Shown: piece after piece, positions 1 through 9,038 of the stretch
How the letters are laid out: every line of letters starts with the position of its first letter
Numbering within the stretch: position 1 is the first letter of the stretch
Assembly (NCBI GenBank): GCA_035524755.1
Contig: DATKOD010000003.1
Span: forward strand, 2,206-66,205
DNA from: Minisyncoccota bacterium
GTDB taxonomy: Bacteria > Patescibacteriota > Minisyncoccia > 2-02-FULL-40-12 > GWA2-44-9
Direction: 5' to 3'
DNA: 64,000 nucleotides
Program-made: the position numbers and the translations under genes
The notes under the pieces: model-generated
Told to the model about the DNA's origin: nothing
The model's database searches: none
The model's input: only the letters and a program-made list of their open reading frames with translations

Positions 1-478
1 CGATGGGGAGCTTCTCCTTCTGGAGTTCCTCGACGGATTCGTAGCCGCGGCCCTTCTTGACCGTGAGTTCCATCTCCAGGGTCGTCTTCTTGTCGGTCAG
101 GGTGCAGATGTGCTGGGTCGGCGTGACGATGTCCACGTCGCTGGACGTGACGATGTCGGCCGCCGTGACCGCGCCCTCGCCCTTGGCCGACAGGGTCATG
201 ATGACCGGGTCGTTGGAGTACGAGCGGCAGCGGATCTTCTTGAGGTTCAGGATGATCTGGATGATGTCCTCCTGCACGCCGGCGATGGCGCCGTACTCGT
301 GGTCCACGCCCTTGATCTTGATGGACACGATGGCCGCCCCTTCCAGGGACGACAACAGGACGCGGCGCAGCGGGTTCGCCACGGTCGCGCCGAAACCCGG
401 CATCAGCGGACTGATGTCGAACACCGCGCGGTTCCCTTCCTTCTTCACTGCCTTGATGGGATCGGGGAGCTGGATCAT
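1..478 (-). CDS. rpoA: DNA-directed RNA polymerase subunit alpha, N-terminal ~159 codons (3' part beyond window start)
   Basis: Reverse-complement translation from ATG at ~478 reads MIQLPDPIKAVKKEGNRAVFDISPLMPGFGATVANPLRR..., a canonical RpoA N-terminus. There is no stop before position 1. It lies downstream of rpsD in the conserved S13-S11-S4-rpoA order. It is absent from the ORF track because it runs off the window edge. Confidence 0.85.
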   Translation of the reverse strand, partial: MIQLPDPIKAVKKEGNRAVFDISPLMPGFGATVANPLRRVLLSSLEGAAIVSIKIKGVDHEYGAIAGVQEDIIQIILNLKKIRCRSYSNDPVIMTLSAKGEGAVTAADIVTSSDVDIVTPTQHICTLTDKKTTLEMELTVKKGRGYESVEELQKEKLPI

Positions 479-567
479 TACGGGTGGAGCTTGTCGCGGT
501 GCGGACGCCAGATGAGGAGGTTACAGGTCGGTGGCTGGCGGCCGACAGCGCGATGAGCGCCGGTTAG

Positions 568-1209
568 TTAACGGGAATAGTATTCGATGATGGCCTGCAC
601 GTCGGCGGTCTGCACGCCCGACTCTTCCGGCACCGGTTCGCTTTTGACGGTGGCGGTCACTGCGGCGTGGTCAACGGACAGCCACGAAGGCGCGACGGTC
701 TTCGGGAACCAACGCGGCATCAGGGTCGAGAAATACGGCAGGGCTTTGGACTTCTCGCGGACACCGATGACGTCACCGATGCGGACGGTGATGGACGGGG
801 TTTTGGCGCGTGTGCCGTTCAGGGTGATGTGCCCGTGGTTGACCAGCTGGCGCGCCTGGTCGCGCGACTGCGCGACGCCCATGCGGAAGACGACGTTGTC
901 CAGGCGCGATTCCAGGGAGCGGATGACCGTGATGAACGGCGACGTCGCTTTGACCTCCAATGCGCGCTTCACCAGGGACTTCAGCGGCTTTTCGGTGAGG
1001 CGGTACATGGCGCGCACCTTCTGCTTGGAGCGCAGCTGCATGCCGAACTCGGACATCTTGCGGGGACGGCGGCTGGGGCCGTGCTGTCCCGGCGGGTACG
1101 GGCGGCGTACGATGGCCGCTTTGGGGCCGGCCGAACGCTCGCCCTTGAGGCCGAGTTTCTCGCCCAGGCGTCGTTCGATCTTCTCTTTTGGACCGGTGTA
1201 GCGTGACAT
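568..1209 (-). CDS. rpsD: 30S ribosomal protein S4
   Basis: 213 aa starting MSRYTGPKEKIERRLGEKL..., a typical S4 N-terminus and length. Confidence 0.95.
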   Translation of the reverse strand: MSRYTGPKEKIERRLGEKLGLKGERSAGPKAAIVRRPYPPGQHGPSRRPRKMSEFGMQLRSKQKVRAMYRLTEKPLKSLVKRALEVKATSPFITVIRSLESRLDNVVFRMGVAQSRDQARQLVNHGHITLNGTRAKTPSITVRIGDVIGVREKSKALPYFSTLMPRWFPKTVAPSWLSVDHAAVTATVKSEPVPEESGVQTADVQAIIEYYSR

Positions 1210-1211
1210 AG

Positions 1212-1640
1212 TTAGACGCGGCGGGGCTTCGGCGCGCGGACGCCGTTGTGCGGCACCGGTGTCGAATCCATGAGCGAAGTGATGTTCAGTCCCGTGCCGG
1301 CGGTGCCGCGGATGGCCGATTCACGCGCCGGACCGACGCCTTTGATGACGATGCGGGCGTTGGTGAGGCCGAAGCGCTTGGCCTTCTCGATGGCGTCCTT
1401 GGCGACGAGGTTCGCGGCGTACGGCGTGGTCTTCTTGGAGCCCTTGAACCCGAGCAGTCCCGCGCTGGAGAACGCGATGACGTTGCCCGTCAGGTCGGTG
1501 ACCGCGATGAGCGTATTGTTGTACGTGATCGTGATGTGCACGATCCCGTTGAGGACCTGCTTCTTGGCCGTCTTCTTGGGCGCCGCTGCGGCGGCTTCGG
1601 TCTGGTCCCCTTCCTTGGTGATGATGCGTTTCTTGCCCAT
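1212..1640 (-). CDS. rpsK: 30S ribosomal protein S11
   Basis: 142 aa. The core (NGIVHITITYNNT..ITD..GN....SAG..GFKGSKK.TPYAA) matches S11. A Lys/Ala-rich N-terminal extension is present. Confidence 0.95.
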   Translation of the reverse strand: MGKKRIITKEGDQTEAAAAAPKKTAKKQVLNGIVHITITYNNTLIAVTDLTGNVIAFSSAGLLGFKGSKKTTPYAANLVAKDAIEKAKRFGLTNARIVIKGVGPARESAIRGTAGTGLNITSLMDSTPVPHNGVRAPKPRRV

Positions 1641-1642
1641 GG

Positions 1643-2029
1643 TTATGTCTTGGCGTCGGACTTGATGCGGCCGGAGCCCATCGTCTTACGGACGTTGCCG
1701 CGGGTCGTGCGGCTGTTGGTGCGCGTGCGGCCGTGGACCGGCAGACGGCGCGCCAGGCGGAGCCCCTTCCAGGTGCCCAGTTCGCGGTTGTGCTTCTGGT
1801 TCGTAGCGACTTCCTTGCGCAGGTCCCCCTCGGTCTTGTAGTTCCGTTCGATGATCTTCTGGATCTTGCCCAGCTCTTCGGCGGTCAGGTCCTTGGCTTT
1901 CTTGTCGGGATCGATGCCGGCTGATTTCAAAATGATGGCCGCGTTCGACGGACCGATCCCGTAGAGGTACGGGAGGGAGAAGAGGATCTTCTTGTCGTCC
2001 GGGATTGTGACTCCGAAAATACGAGGCAT
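1643..2029 (-). CDS. rpsM: 30S ribosomal protein S13
   Basis: 128 aa starting MPRIFGVTIPDDKKILFSLPYLYGIG..., typical of S13. Confidence 0.95.
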   Translation of the reverse strand: MPRIFGVTIPDDKKILFSLPYLYGIGPSNAAIILKSAGIDPDKKAKDLTAEELGKIQKIIERNYKTEGDLRKEVATNQKHNRELGTWKGLRLARRLPVHGRTRTNSRTTRGNVRKTMGSGRIKSDAKT

Positions 2030-2039
2030 GAGCGTGGAA

Positions 2040-2153
2040 TTAGCCCTGACGCTGCTTATGTTTGGCGATGACGCACAGGCAATACAACCGCTTGCCGCGG
2101 CGTACGATCTTGCACTTCTTGCAAATGGGTTTTACGGATGCGCGGACTTTCAA
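2040..2153 (-). CDS. rpmJ: 50S ribosomal protein L36 (TTG start)
   Basis: Hand translation of the minus strand gives (M)[36 protein letters not shown], 37 aa, which is the L36 zinc-ribbon pattern. It is below the ORF-track size cutoff. The TTG start overlaps the infA stop. Confidence 0.8.
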   Translation of the reverse strand: MKVRASVKPICKKCKIVRRGKRLYCLCVIAKHKQRQG

Positions 2154-2362
2154 TTGCGATATACGATGCGGCCGCGCGCACGGTCGGGAGAGACTTCGAT
2201 GGTGACCTTGTCTCCCACCAGGACCTTGATGTAGCGCAGGCGCATCTTCCCCGCCAAGTAGGCCAGCACTACGGTGCCGTCCTCGAGCTGGACGCGGAAG
2301 GTGGTGTCAGGGAGGGCCTCGATGACCGTCCCGACCGTCTTATCTTTCTTTTGGTCGTTCAA
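2150..2362 (-). CDS. infA: translation initiation factor IF-1
   Basis: 70 aa with an S1-like fold: [60 protein letters not shown]. Confidence 0.95.
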   Translation of the reverse strand: MNDQKKDKTVGTVIEALPDTTFRVQLEDGTVVLAYLAGKMRLRYIKVLVGDKVTIEVSPDRARGRIVYRN

Positions 2363-2410
2363 TAGGGATGCAACTACCGGAGGATATCCTAGCAGAGTGC
2401 GCGCTCCCTG

Positions 2411-4231
2411 TCAACGCTCCACGAAGTCGACCTGGATACGGGCGGTATCAGCGGGTAAATGGCTCACCCAGAAGGGCCGGAGCGTCAGGGTCGCCTGCTG
2501 GATGTCGTCGCGGCCCCCCACGTACTGCTGGAATGCCGCGGTATCCATGCCTTTGACCGCCGTCGCCAGTCCGGCGGCATCCACCGGGTCATAGCCGTTG
2601 CCGGTCACATCCGCGGTGAACGTGAGCTTCTGCAGGGTATCATCGTACGCGACATTGCTGAGTTTCACGGTCAGTTGGTCTGCCTGAACGTTCAGGCGGT
2701 CCTTGCGCAGGATGGTGTCGGCGATGAGCTTGTCCAGATCCGCCTGACGGAACGCGACGGTTTTGAGCGTCACCGTGGCCGTCACCGATACCGAGGCCGC
2801 CGCGTCATCAGGCTGAGCGTCCGACGTGAAGGTCGGTGTGCTTCCGGGTGCGTCGTCGGCGATGCGCATGCCGCCGGTCTGTGATTTCAGAGCATCGGCG
2901 ATGAGCGCTGCGACATCGGACGTCGCGGCGGTCTTCGCGGCGTCGTAATCCGCTTGGGTCACGACCGCTGACGGACCGTTGGCGCCACCGGACATCGGTG
3001 CCGTCGAGACGCCATAGATCTTGGCCGCACGGTCGGTGTCGCCCTTCTCCACGAATGCGGCGATGGTGAACTTCCCGGCGGCGATGTTGTAATCGGTACC
3101 CGGCTTATCGGCGATGACGCTCACCGTGACACTGCCCGGGACGGCGCTTCCCTTGACGACGGTGGAGCCGGGGACCGTGACCGTGGACAGCGTGCGGAAT
3201 ACCAGCCCGTTCGGTGCGGTGAACCGTGTCGTCGCGATGAGCGTCTGCGGCGTCGAAGAGTATCCGTTGTACACTGTGAGCGTTCCTTTCGCTTTGGACG
3301 CGACATCGCGCGAACCGGTCGCGGCGACGCTGTGCGTAGCGGATTTGGACATCTCCAGGAGCTGCCCCGGAAGGTTTCCGAACGTAGCGTCGACGGAAGC
3401 GATCGAACCGGACACCGAGACGGCGATGTGCTCATCCACGGGCTGGCTGGCAGGGGCGACCGCGATGACCGCGGAGCCTGCGGTCAGGTATACGACGATG
3501 CCCACGATGAGCACCGCGCCGATCAGGAGTGCGATGACGGTCTTTCGCGTCAACCACGCGATAGATGCTCCCGGGAATCGCAGCCGGCGGAGCGGGGATG
3601 ACCGCGGCCGTGGGACGATCGTCCCCTGCTGTGCCGCACGATCGCGCCATACCTTATCGATGTAATCGAAGCTGTCCTCGGTCGGCGATACGGCCGTGGC
3701 CGGTTTTTTGGTCCGGACCATTGCGAGGTCCGCATCCGCTTCCACCTCCTGATTGGTGACCGGTTCTTCTCCCTCGGTCCCTTCCACATGGAATCCCGGA
3801 ACGATATCGCTCTCGGCATCGGCATCATCCGGAGATGTCACCTGCTGCCGTTCATCGGAGGTCAGCGGCACGTCCTCCTCGAACGCATCCTCGCTCGGGT
3901 CCTGGATTTCCGGATCGGACGGCGGTGGATAGGTCGCCGCAGTGACGGCCTTCGGTTTGCGTACCCGCTTGGTCGTTGCGGATACCATGACATTGAACCC
4001 GTGAGCCCGTGCCCGGGCGGCGATGTCCGAGTTCGTGGTCAGGATCGAGATCGTCTTGCCGGCAGATGACGCTTCACCGGCAAAAGCGGCGAAATGGTCG
4101 TCTGAACGGAATATCTTCCCGTTCTTCGGCAGGACGAAAATCACTTCGCCGGCAGGTGCGGACCGGAAAACATCCAGAATATCAGCCAAGGAGTCGTCCT
4201 TCAGGATATTGATTATCTTGATGCCGGCCAT
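2411..4231 (-). CDS. hypothetical membrane-anchored protein (N-terminal ~90-aa cytoplasmic domain, acidic linker, one TM helix, large Ser/Thr/Val-rich extracytoplasmic domain)
   Basis: 606-aa ORF with a single hydrophobic helix (VIALLIGAVLIVGIVVYLTAG). No family recognised. It sits where secY/adk/map usually precede infA. Confidence 0.7.
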   Translation of the reverse strand: MAGIKIINILKDDSLADILDVFRSAPAGEVIFVLPKNGKIFRSDDHFAAFAGEASSAGKTISILTTNSDIAARARAHGFNVMVSATTKRVRKPKAVTAATYPPPSDPEIQDPSEDAFEEDVPLTSDERQQVTSPDDADAESDIVPGFHVEGTEGEEPVTNQEVEADADLAMVRTKKPATAVSPTEDSFDYIDKVWRDRAAQQGTIVPRPRSSPLRRLRFPGASIAWLTRKTVIALLIGAVLIVGIVVYLTAGSAVIAVAPASQPVDEHIAVSVSGSIASVDATFGNLPGQLLEMSKSATHSVAATGSRDVASKAKGTLTVYNGYSSTPQTLIATTRFTAPNGLVFRTLSTVTVPGSTVVKGSAVPGSVTVSVIADKPGTDYNIAAGKFTIAAFVEKGDTDRAAKIYGVSTAPMSGGANGPSAVVTQADYDAAKTAATSDVAALIADALKSQTGGMRIADDAPGSTPTFTSDAQPDDAAASVSVTATVTLKTVAFRQADLDKLIADTILRKDRLNVQADQLTVKLSNVAYDDTLQKLTFTADVTGNGYDPVDAAGLATAVKGMDTAAFQQYVGGRDDIQQATLTLRPFWVSHLPADTARIQVDFVER

Positions 4232-4304
4232 AGCAGTTCCTATTCACTATATATCATTGGTATCGCCATGTATACCCCTACGTCTGTGCACATAGGAAGG
4301 TTTA

Positions 4305-4333
4305 TTGACCTTATCGAAAAACTATGCTACGAT
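4305..4333 (+). promoter_or_regulatory. sigma70-like promoter (TTGACC-17-TACGAT)
   Basis: -35 and -10 hexamers with a 17-nt spacer, followed by GGAGG and the ATG at ~4350. Confidence 0.45.
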
Positions 4334-4349
4334 AGCCATGGAGGCTCAG

Positions 4350-4544
4350 ATGAAACAGCGACTGTTCTTCGTCGGCAAGATTTTCGGTATCATCGCCGTC
4401 GGGGCGACCAGCGTCGCGGCATGCGCGGTTCTGATCCGGAGCGTCGCCGATGCGCAGCAGGTGCGCAGGCGGCTCGCCGGGATCTCCGAGCAGGAGCTGG
4501 CCGACCGCCTCGAGCGTGCCCACCGAGAATTCGAAATCCGCTGA
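4350..4544 (+). CDS. small membrane protein (64 aa), hypothetical
   Basis: MKQRLFFVGKIFGIIAVGATSVAACAVLIRS... A GGAGG sits 5 nt upstream. Promoter and terminator flank it. The track ORF 4305..4544 shares this frame. Confidence 0.45.
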   Translation: MKQRLFFVGKIFGIIAVGATSVAACAVLIRSVADAQQVRRRLAGISEQELADRLERAHREFEIR

Positions 4545-4552
4545 CATCATCC

Positions 4553-4577
4553 GGGGAGGCATCCGCCTCCCCTTTTC
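4553..4577. terminator. intrinsic terminator hairpin (GGGGAGGC-atcc-GCCTCCCC-TTTT), bidirectional between the small ORF and the helicase gene
   Basis: Perfect 8-bp GC stem plus a T-run immediately after the stop at 4544. On the opposite strand it follows the helicase stop at 4576. Confidence 0.6.
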
Positions 4578-7539
4578 ATACCCGCATCAGCCGACGGAGG
4601 CTGCAGTAGCGACACGTACGGTCACCGCAATACCGGTCCCAAAACGCAAGAGAGCGGATCTCGTCCGCGGCATGCATGATGTCCCCTTCCAGGGCGAGCG
4701 CCGATGAAGACGGGATATTGAACACCTCGCGGTGATATTTTCCGCGTACGTCCGGCTCGACGAAGTCGATGACCCCTTCATGCATCCGGTACTTCCCGTT
4801 CTGCCATCGGTCCAGGAGCAACTTGTAGAACGTGAGCTGACGCAGATAGTTGCCATCCCCGTCCTTCACGGCGCCGCTGATCTGGTTGCGCGACTTCGGT
4901 GTGCCGGTCTTGTAATCCACGACGCGTACGAGTCCGGATGCATCCAGGAACTCCACTTTGTCGATCTTGCCGTTGACGAGCGTTCCGTCGGCGAGTTCGA
5001 TCGCAGGGATGCGCAGCTGGTTGATGATGTTCGGGTGCCACTCTTCATGGTACCGGTCGAAATATCCCGCCAATGCTTTCCTGCCGCGCGCTGATGCAAC
5101 ATCCAAGTCGGTCGTCTGCAATGCCTGATGGCGGATGAACCCCTCGAACAAGGCGATGAGATCGTCCCGTGAGCCGGGCGACCCATGTTGCACGAAACGG
5201 TCGAAGTACTCCTGCAGCGCACGATCGACGGCATTGCCGTACATCAGTGCGAAGACGGGTGCTTCCGGAATACGGACGAGGTTCGTATAGAAATACCGCC
5301 ATGGACAGGCACGGTAGTTATTGAGCGCCGTAACGGACAATCCCTGTCGCTCGAACAGTCCGACAAGGAATTCACGGTCAGCGCTCCTGGGGACCGGTGC
5401 AGGTGCGGGGCTGAAACGGATGGAACCGTCCTTCATCCAAGCATGCTCCAGGGGCGCCGTATCGATATGAGCGACCAACGAAGGTTCGATATCCGTCAAA
5501 TACCGAGCCGGCAGCTGTTCGGCGCCGTCGGCGTCACGCTTGCTGTAACTGATGATGACTTCGCGTCTCGCCCGCGTCAGCGCGACGTAGAACAGGTTCC
5601 GTTCCTCATCATCACCGCTCACTTCCATGCCCGGCAGCCGGATGAGCTGCCGCCGCTGTCGTGAACCCCAGTGGCCGTCGACCGCATCAATGATGTACAC
5701 GTAGTCGAATTCGAGGCCTTTGCTCTTATGAGCGGTCATGACCCGCACCCGTCCGGGCATCAGTTGACCGGCACCGGAGTTCAATACGATGCCCCGATCA
5801 CGCAAAAAACGCAGATGATCGGTGAATTGCGCCAGTGTGCAGTCGCGGTCACGGAGGACCCGGGACCTGAGCATGTCGTACAGGACGTGCAGGCGGGCGA
5901 GCGTCTCGGGAGCCTCCGGCGATGCGACGATGGCCGACAGGAGCCCGGATTCCGACACGATGGCTTCCAGTGCGGCACCGGCCGTCGGTTGAGATGCGGA
6001 TCTGGACCATGAGCCCAATAACCCGGCCACGGTGCGCAAGCGGTCAGCATCGTCGATACCGGCCTGATGGAGAAGCGCCGGCGAACGCATGACGTCGTAC
6101 GGGTTACGTCCCGAGCGGCAGAACTCGGTCAACTTGTAGACATCCAACGGGTCCACGCCGAGCACCGGCGCATGGAGCGCTTCCAGAAGCGGCTGAGGGA
6201 GGCCGAAATCACGCACCGCGTCGAGGATGCGGACGAGTTGATGCACGTATGGGTCGGCGGTCAGTTCCTGTTGCGTCGACAACGAGAACGGAAGACCGAG
6301 TTTCGACAAATATACCGAGAACGCCACCGCGTCGGCGTTGTCACGAGACAGGACGGCGATCCGTTCGGGTGCCGTACCTGCGGCGATGCGCCGGGCGATA
6401 TCGGATGCGACCGTCCAGTACTGGACGTCGGGAGTCTGGAGCGTCAACAGTGAGATGGGTCGGTCGTCCAATCCTGCGCGAGCCTGAAGAGCGACGGTAC
6501 CGCTCGGACGGATGTCTTCGGCGGCATCGACGATGAGCTGGCTCGATCGGTAGTTCTGTTCGAGTTCGATGAGCTTCACGTCCGGATAGAGCCGCTTGAA
6601 ATACAGGAAGTTCTCCAGCGATGCTCCCTGGAACCGGTAGATCGCCTGCTTCGCGTCGCCGACGACGAACAGGTTCGGACGTTCCCAGAACGAAGCGAGC
6701 AGTTCGATGACTTTGTTCTGCGCGTTGTTGGTGTCTTGATGCTCGTCCACCAACAGATACTGATACCGTTCCTGCAGGGTCAGACGCAGCTGTTCATCGG
6801 ACTCCAGTGCCCGCGCGACTTCCATGACCATGTCGCTGTAGTCATACAATCCTCGGGTGCGCAGCGCTTCCTGATACCGGGCGTAGAGGCGGACGAGCTC
6901 CCGCAGTTTCGCGTTCTGCTTCAACCGCTCCTGATACGCACCCTTCATCTTCCCCTTGTAGGTGCCCTTCTCATGGTAGAGATCGTCCGCTGCATTGATG
7001 CGTGAATCCTCGGCATCAGCCAAGGACGTCAACTGTCCAGGCGCCATGCCTTCACGCTTCAGGGTATTGATGGCACCGAGGACCGCTTTCAGATACAGGT
7101 CGGGCGCATTCACCGGCCGCAACAGCTCCAGACCGTCGGTGGTATCGATGAGGTGCTGCAACAGGACCGCCTGATCGGCATCGGTCAGTGATGCCGCGCC
7201 GGCCATCGCGCCGAACGATTCGGGATAGTCTTGGATGATGCGGTTACAGTACGAATGGAACGTCGTGATGGCGACGCGGTACGCATCAGGACCGATGATG
7301 TCGCGTAATCGTCCCTTCATCTCAGCGGCACCCGATTCAGTGAACGTGAGCGCCAGGATGGCATCAGGCGGCGTGTCGGTGCGCGCAAGGATATTGGCGA
7401 TACGGAGCGTCAGAATGCTGGTTTTGCCCGTCCCCGGTCCCGCCACGACCATGACCGGACCGTCGATGGCATCGACCGCCTCGCGTTGGCGGTCATTGAG
7501 CTGCCGGTAGAGTTCTTCGAATCGCGGTGTCGTGGGCAC
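4576..7539 (-). CDS. ATP-dependent DNA helicase (UvrD/PcrA/AddA family) fused to a C-terminal PD-(D/E)xK nuclease domain with a Cys cluster
   Basis: 987 aa. It has an N-terminal Walker A (VVAGPGTGKTS), UvrD-type motifs (LVDEHQDTN, QNYRS, VMTAHKSKGLEFDYVYI), a C-terminal nuclease-like region, and a terminal C-x4-C-x2-C (CGDRTCRYC) resembling the AddB/Cas4 Fe-S arrangement. Confidence 0.85.
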   Translation of the reverse strand: MPTTPRFEELYRQLNDRQREAVDAIDGPVMVVAGPGTGKTSILTLRIANILARTDTPPDAILALTFTESGAAEMKGRLRDIIGPDAYRVAITTFHSYCNRIIQDYPESFGAMAGAASLTDADQAVLLQHLIDTTDGLELLRPVNAPDLYLKAVLGAINTLKREGMAPGQLTSLADAEDSRINAADDLYHEKGTYKGKMKGAYQERLKQNAKLRELVRLYARYQEALRTRGLYDYSDMVMEVARALESDEQLRLTLQERYQYLLVDEHQDTNNAQNKVIELLASFWERPNLFVVGDAKQAIYRFQGASLENFLYFKRLYPDVKLIELEQNYRSSQLIVDAAEDIRPSGTVALQARAGLDDRPISLLTLQTPDVQYWTVASDIARRIAAGTAPERIAVLSRDNADAVAFSVYLSKLGLPFSLSTQQELTADPYVHQLVRILDAVRDFGLPQPLLEALHAPVLGVDPLDVYKLTEFCRSGRNPYDVMRSPALLHQAGIDDADRLRTVAGLLGSWSRSASQPTAGAALEAIVSESGLLSAIVASPEAPETLARLHVLYDMLRSRVLRDRDCTLAQFTDHLRFLRDRGIVLNSGAGQLMPGRVRVMTAHKSKGLEFDYVYIIDAVDGHWGSRQRRQLIRLPGMEVSGDDEERNLFYVALTRARREVIISYSKRDADGAEQLPARYLTDIEPSLVAHIDTAPLEHAWMKDGSIRFSPAPAPVPRSADREFLVGLFERQGLSVTALNNYRACPWRYFYTNLVRIPEAPVFALMYGNAVDRALQEYFDRFVQHGSPGSRDDLIALFEGFIRHQALQTTDLDVASARGRKALAGYFDRYHEEWHPNIINQLRIPAIELADGTLVNGKIDKVEFLDASGLVRVVDYKTGTPKSRNQISGAVKDGDGNYLRQLTFYKLLLDRWQNGKYRMHEGVIDFVEPDVRGKYHREVFNIPSSSALALEGDIMHAADEIRSLAFWDRYCGDRTCRYCSLRRLMRV

Positions 7540-7606
7540 CCTTTAGGTATAGCAAAGAAACGGCTCCTGCGTTACCATCGTGGCACGTTCTTTTCGGGGA
7601 GGTCCC

Positions 7607-8098
7607 ATGGAAGAAGTGCGAGTCAAGCTCGTGTTGTTCGCCGGTGAAGAGAATGACCGTATCGCGGTCTTCGACGAAGTCGGCGGATCGCGCCGTTGCA
7701 CGATCCGACTGCGGGAGCAGTTCTTCCAGACGCTCGCGGACATCTTCTTCAACCCGGGGGAACCGTACCTCGGACCGGAGTTCGCGGTACGGATGCTGCA
7801 GCGTGCGGGCGTCGCCGTCGACTCCATCGCGCTCTCCGTCGTCGACCGAGAGACGGGCACGGTGCGGTATGCGGTCTCGCTGCGACAGGGCAGCATGTCG
7901 TGGACGACCGATGCGTTCTCGCTCGATGCGTTCGGGTTCTCGATCGTCAGCGGCGTTCCCGTCAGCATGACCGAGGCCGACTTCGTGTTCCTCATGGAGT
8001 ACAGCTGCATGGTCGACGAGCATCCCGAACCCGAGGAGCTGCGCACCGCGGAGCACCTCGCCCGGGATCTCCCCAAGGACAAGCTCGGTCAGGCGTGA
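7607..8098 (+). CDS. bifunctional-nuclease (BFN/DUF151)-like protein
   Basis: About 163 aa from MEEVRVKLVLFAGEENDRIAVFDEVGG..., with a GGGAGG SD upstream. The pattern resembles the BFN domain; family assignment is by eye only. Confidence 0.5.
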   Translation: MEEVRVKLVLFAGEENDRIAVFDEVGGSRRCTIRLREQFFQTLADIFFNPGEPYLGPEFAVRMLQRAGVAVDSIALSVVDRETGTVRYAVSLRQGSMSWTTDAFSLDAFGFSIVSGVPVSMTEADFVFLMEYSCMVDEHPEPEELRTAEHLARDLPKDKLGQA

Positions 8099-9036
8099 AC
8101 AGCCATCAGAGCGCGGATTTCGTCCGCGCTCTTCTTTTCCATCAACTGCGCGCGCAGTTCTGCCGCGCCGGGCCAGCCGGATATGTACATCTTGAAGAAT
8201 TTCTTCATCAGGGCGAACGACTTGATGCCATCCCACTGCGCCAGCCATAGGTCAATGTGCTCTCGGAGCAGGGCGATGCGTTCTTCCGGCGTATGTTCCC
8301 GCACGTCCGGACTGAACATCCACGGGTCGTGGAATATTCCCCTGCCGACCATGAGACCGTCGACGCCGTGCTCGCGCGCCAGTGACTGTCCCTGGAGTCG
8401 GCTCATGATGTCACCGTTGCCGACGCACAAGACACCGACATCGTGCGCCATCGCCGCCGCGCGACCGATGAGGTCCCAATGCGCGGGAACGGCGCTCATT
8501 TCCTTCATCGTCCGACCGTGCACGACGAGCACGTCGGGCTTTGCCGCCAAAACCGCTGGAATCCACGTATCCATTTCGTCGGTCGCATACAATCCGAGAC
8601 GCGTCTTCACCACGACCGGTAGATCGCCGGCGCCATCCCGCAGTGCGGCGATGAGCTCGCGCGCACGGCCCGGATCCTTGGCCAACGCGATACCGGCGCC
8701 CTGTTTGACGACGGCGCGGTCGGGACATCCCATGTTGATGTCTACGCCGTCGAAGCCGAGGTCGCGCGCGGTCACGGCAGCGGCATGCATGTATTCGGGT
8801 TCTGTACCGAAGAATTGAGCGACGATAGGATGATCGGACGCGGTAAGCGTCAGATCCTGCAGCAGTCGCGCGCGGCCGACGGACGCCAAACCGTGCGCCG
8901 ACACGAATTCGGTGTAGAACACGTCGGGACGTCCGCAGCGGGTGACGATGGCACGGAACGGCGCATCGGTGACATCGGCCATCGGCGCCAGCACGAAGAA
9001 CGGCCGTGGCAATTCGTCCCAGAATCCGTGGACCAT
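8089..9036 (-). CDS. dus: tRNA-dihydrouridine synthase
   Basis: 315 aa with a TIM-barrel FMN enzyme pattern (LAPMADVTDAPFR...GVDINMGCP...VVVKTRLG...), typical of the Dus family. Confidence 0.9.
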   Translation of the reverse strand: MVHGFWDELPRPFFVLAPMADVTDAPFRAIVTRCGRPDVFYTEFVSAHGLASVGRARLLQDLTLTASDHPIVAQFFGTEPEYMHAAAVTARDLGFDGVDINMGCPDRAVVKQGAGIALAKDPGRARELIAALRDGAGDLPVVVKTRLGLYATDEMDTWIPAVLAAKPDVLVVHGRTMKEMSAVPAHWDLIGRAAAMAHDVGVLCVGNGDIMSRLQGQSLAREHGVDGLMVGRGIFHDPWMFSPDVREHTPEERIALLREHIDLWLAQWDGIKSFALMKKFFKMYISGWPGAAELRAQLMEKKSADEIRALMAVHA

Positions 9037-9038
9037 GG

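Noticed and set aside
57-556. Plus-strand ORFs 57..515 and 110..556 (152 and 148 aa)
   Set aside because: They are antisense to the rpoA N-terminal coding region, which translates cleanly on the minus strand. They are high-GC shadow ORFs.
587-2029. Multiple plus-strand ORFs overlapping rpsD, rpsK and rpsM (587..1201, 667..1206, 1246..1665, 1248..1841)
   Set aside because: Antisense shadows of highly conserved ribosomal protein genes.
7493-8250. Minus ORFs 7493..8248 and 7543..8082 and plus ORFs 7527..7970 and 7696..8250
   Set aside because: They overlap the BFN-like gene and the divergent helicase promoter. They are Arg-rich and low-complexity with no start signals. The BFN frame with a GGAGG SD is preferred.
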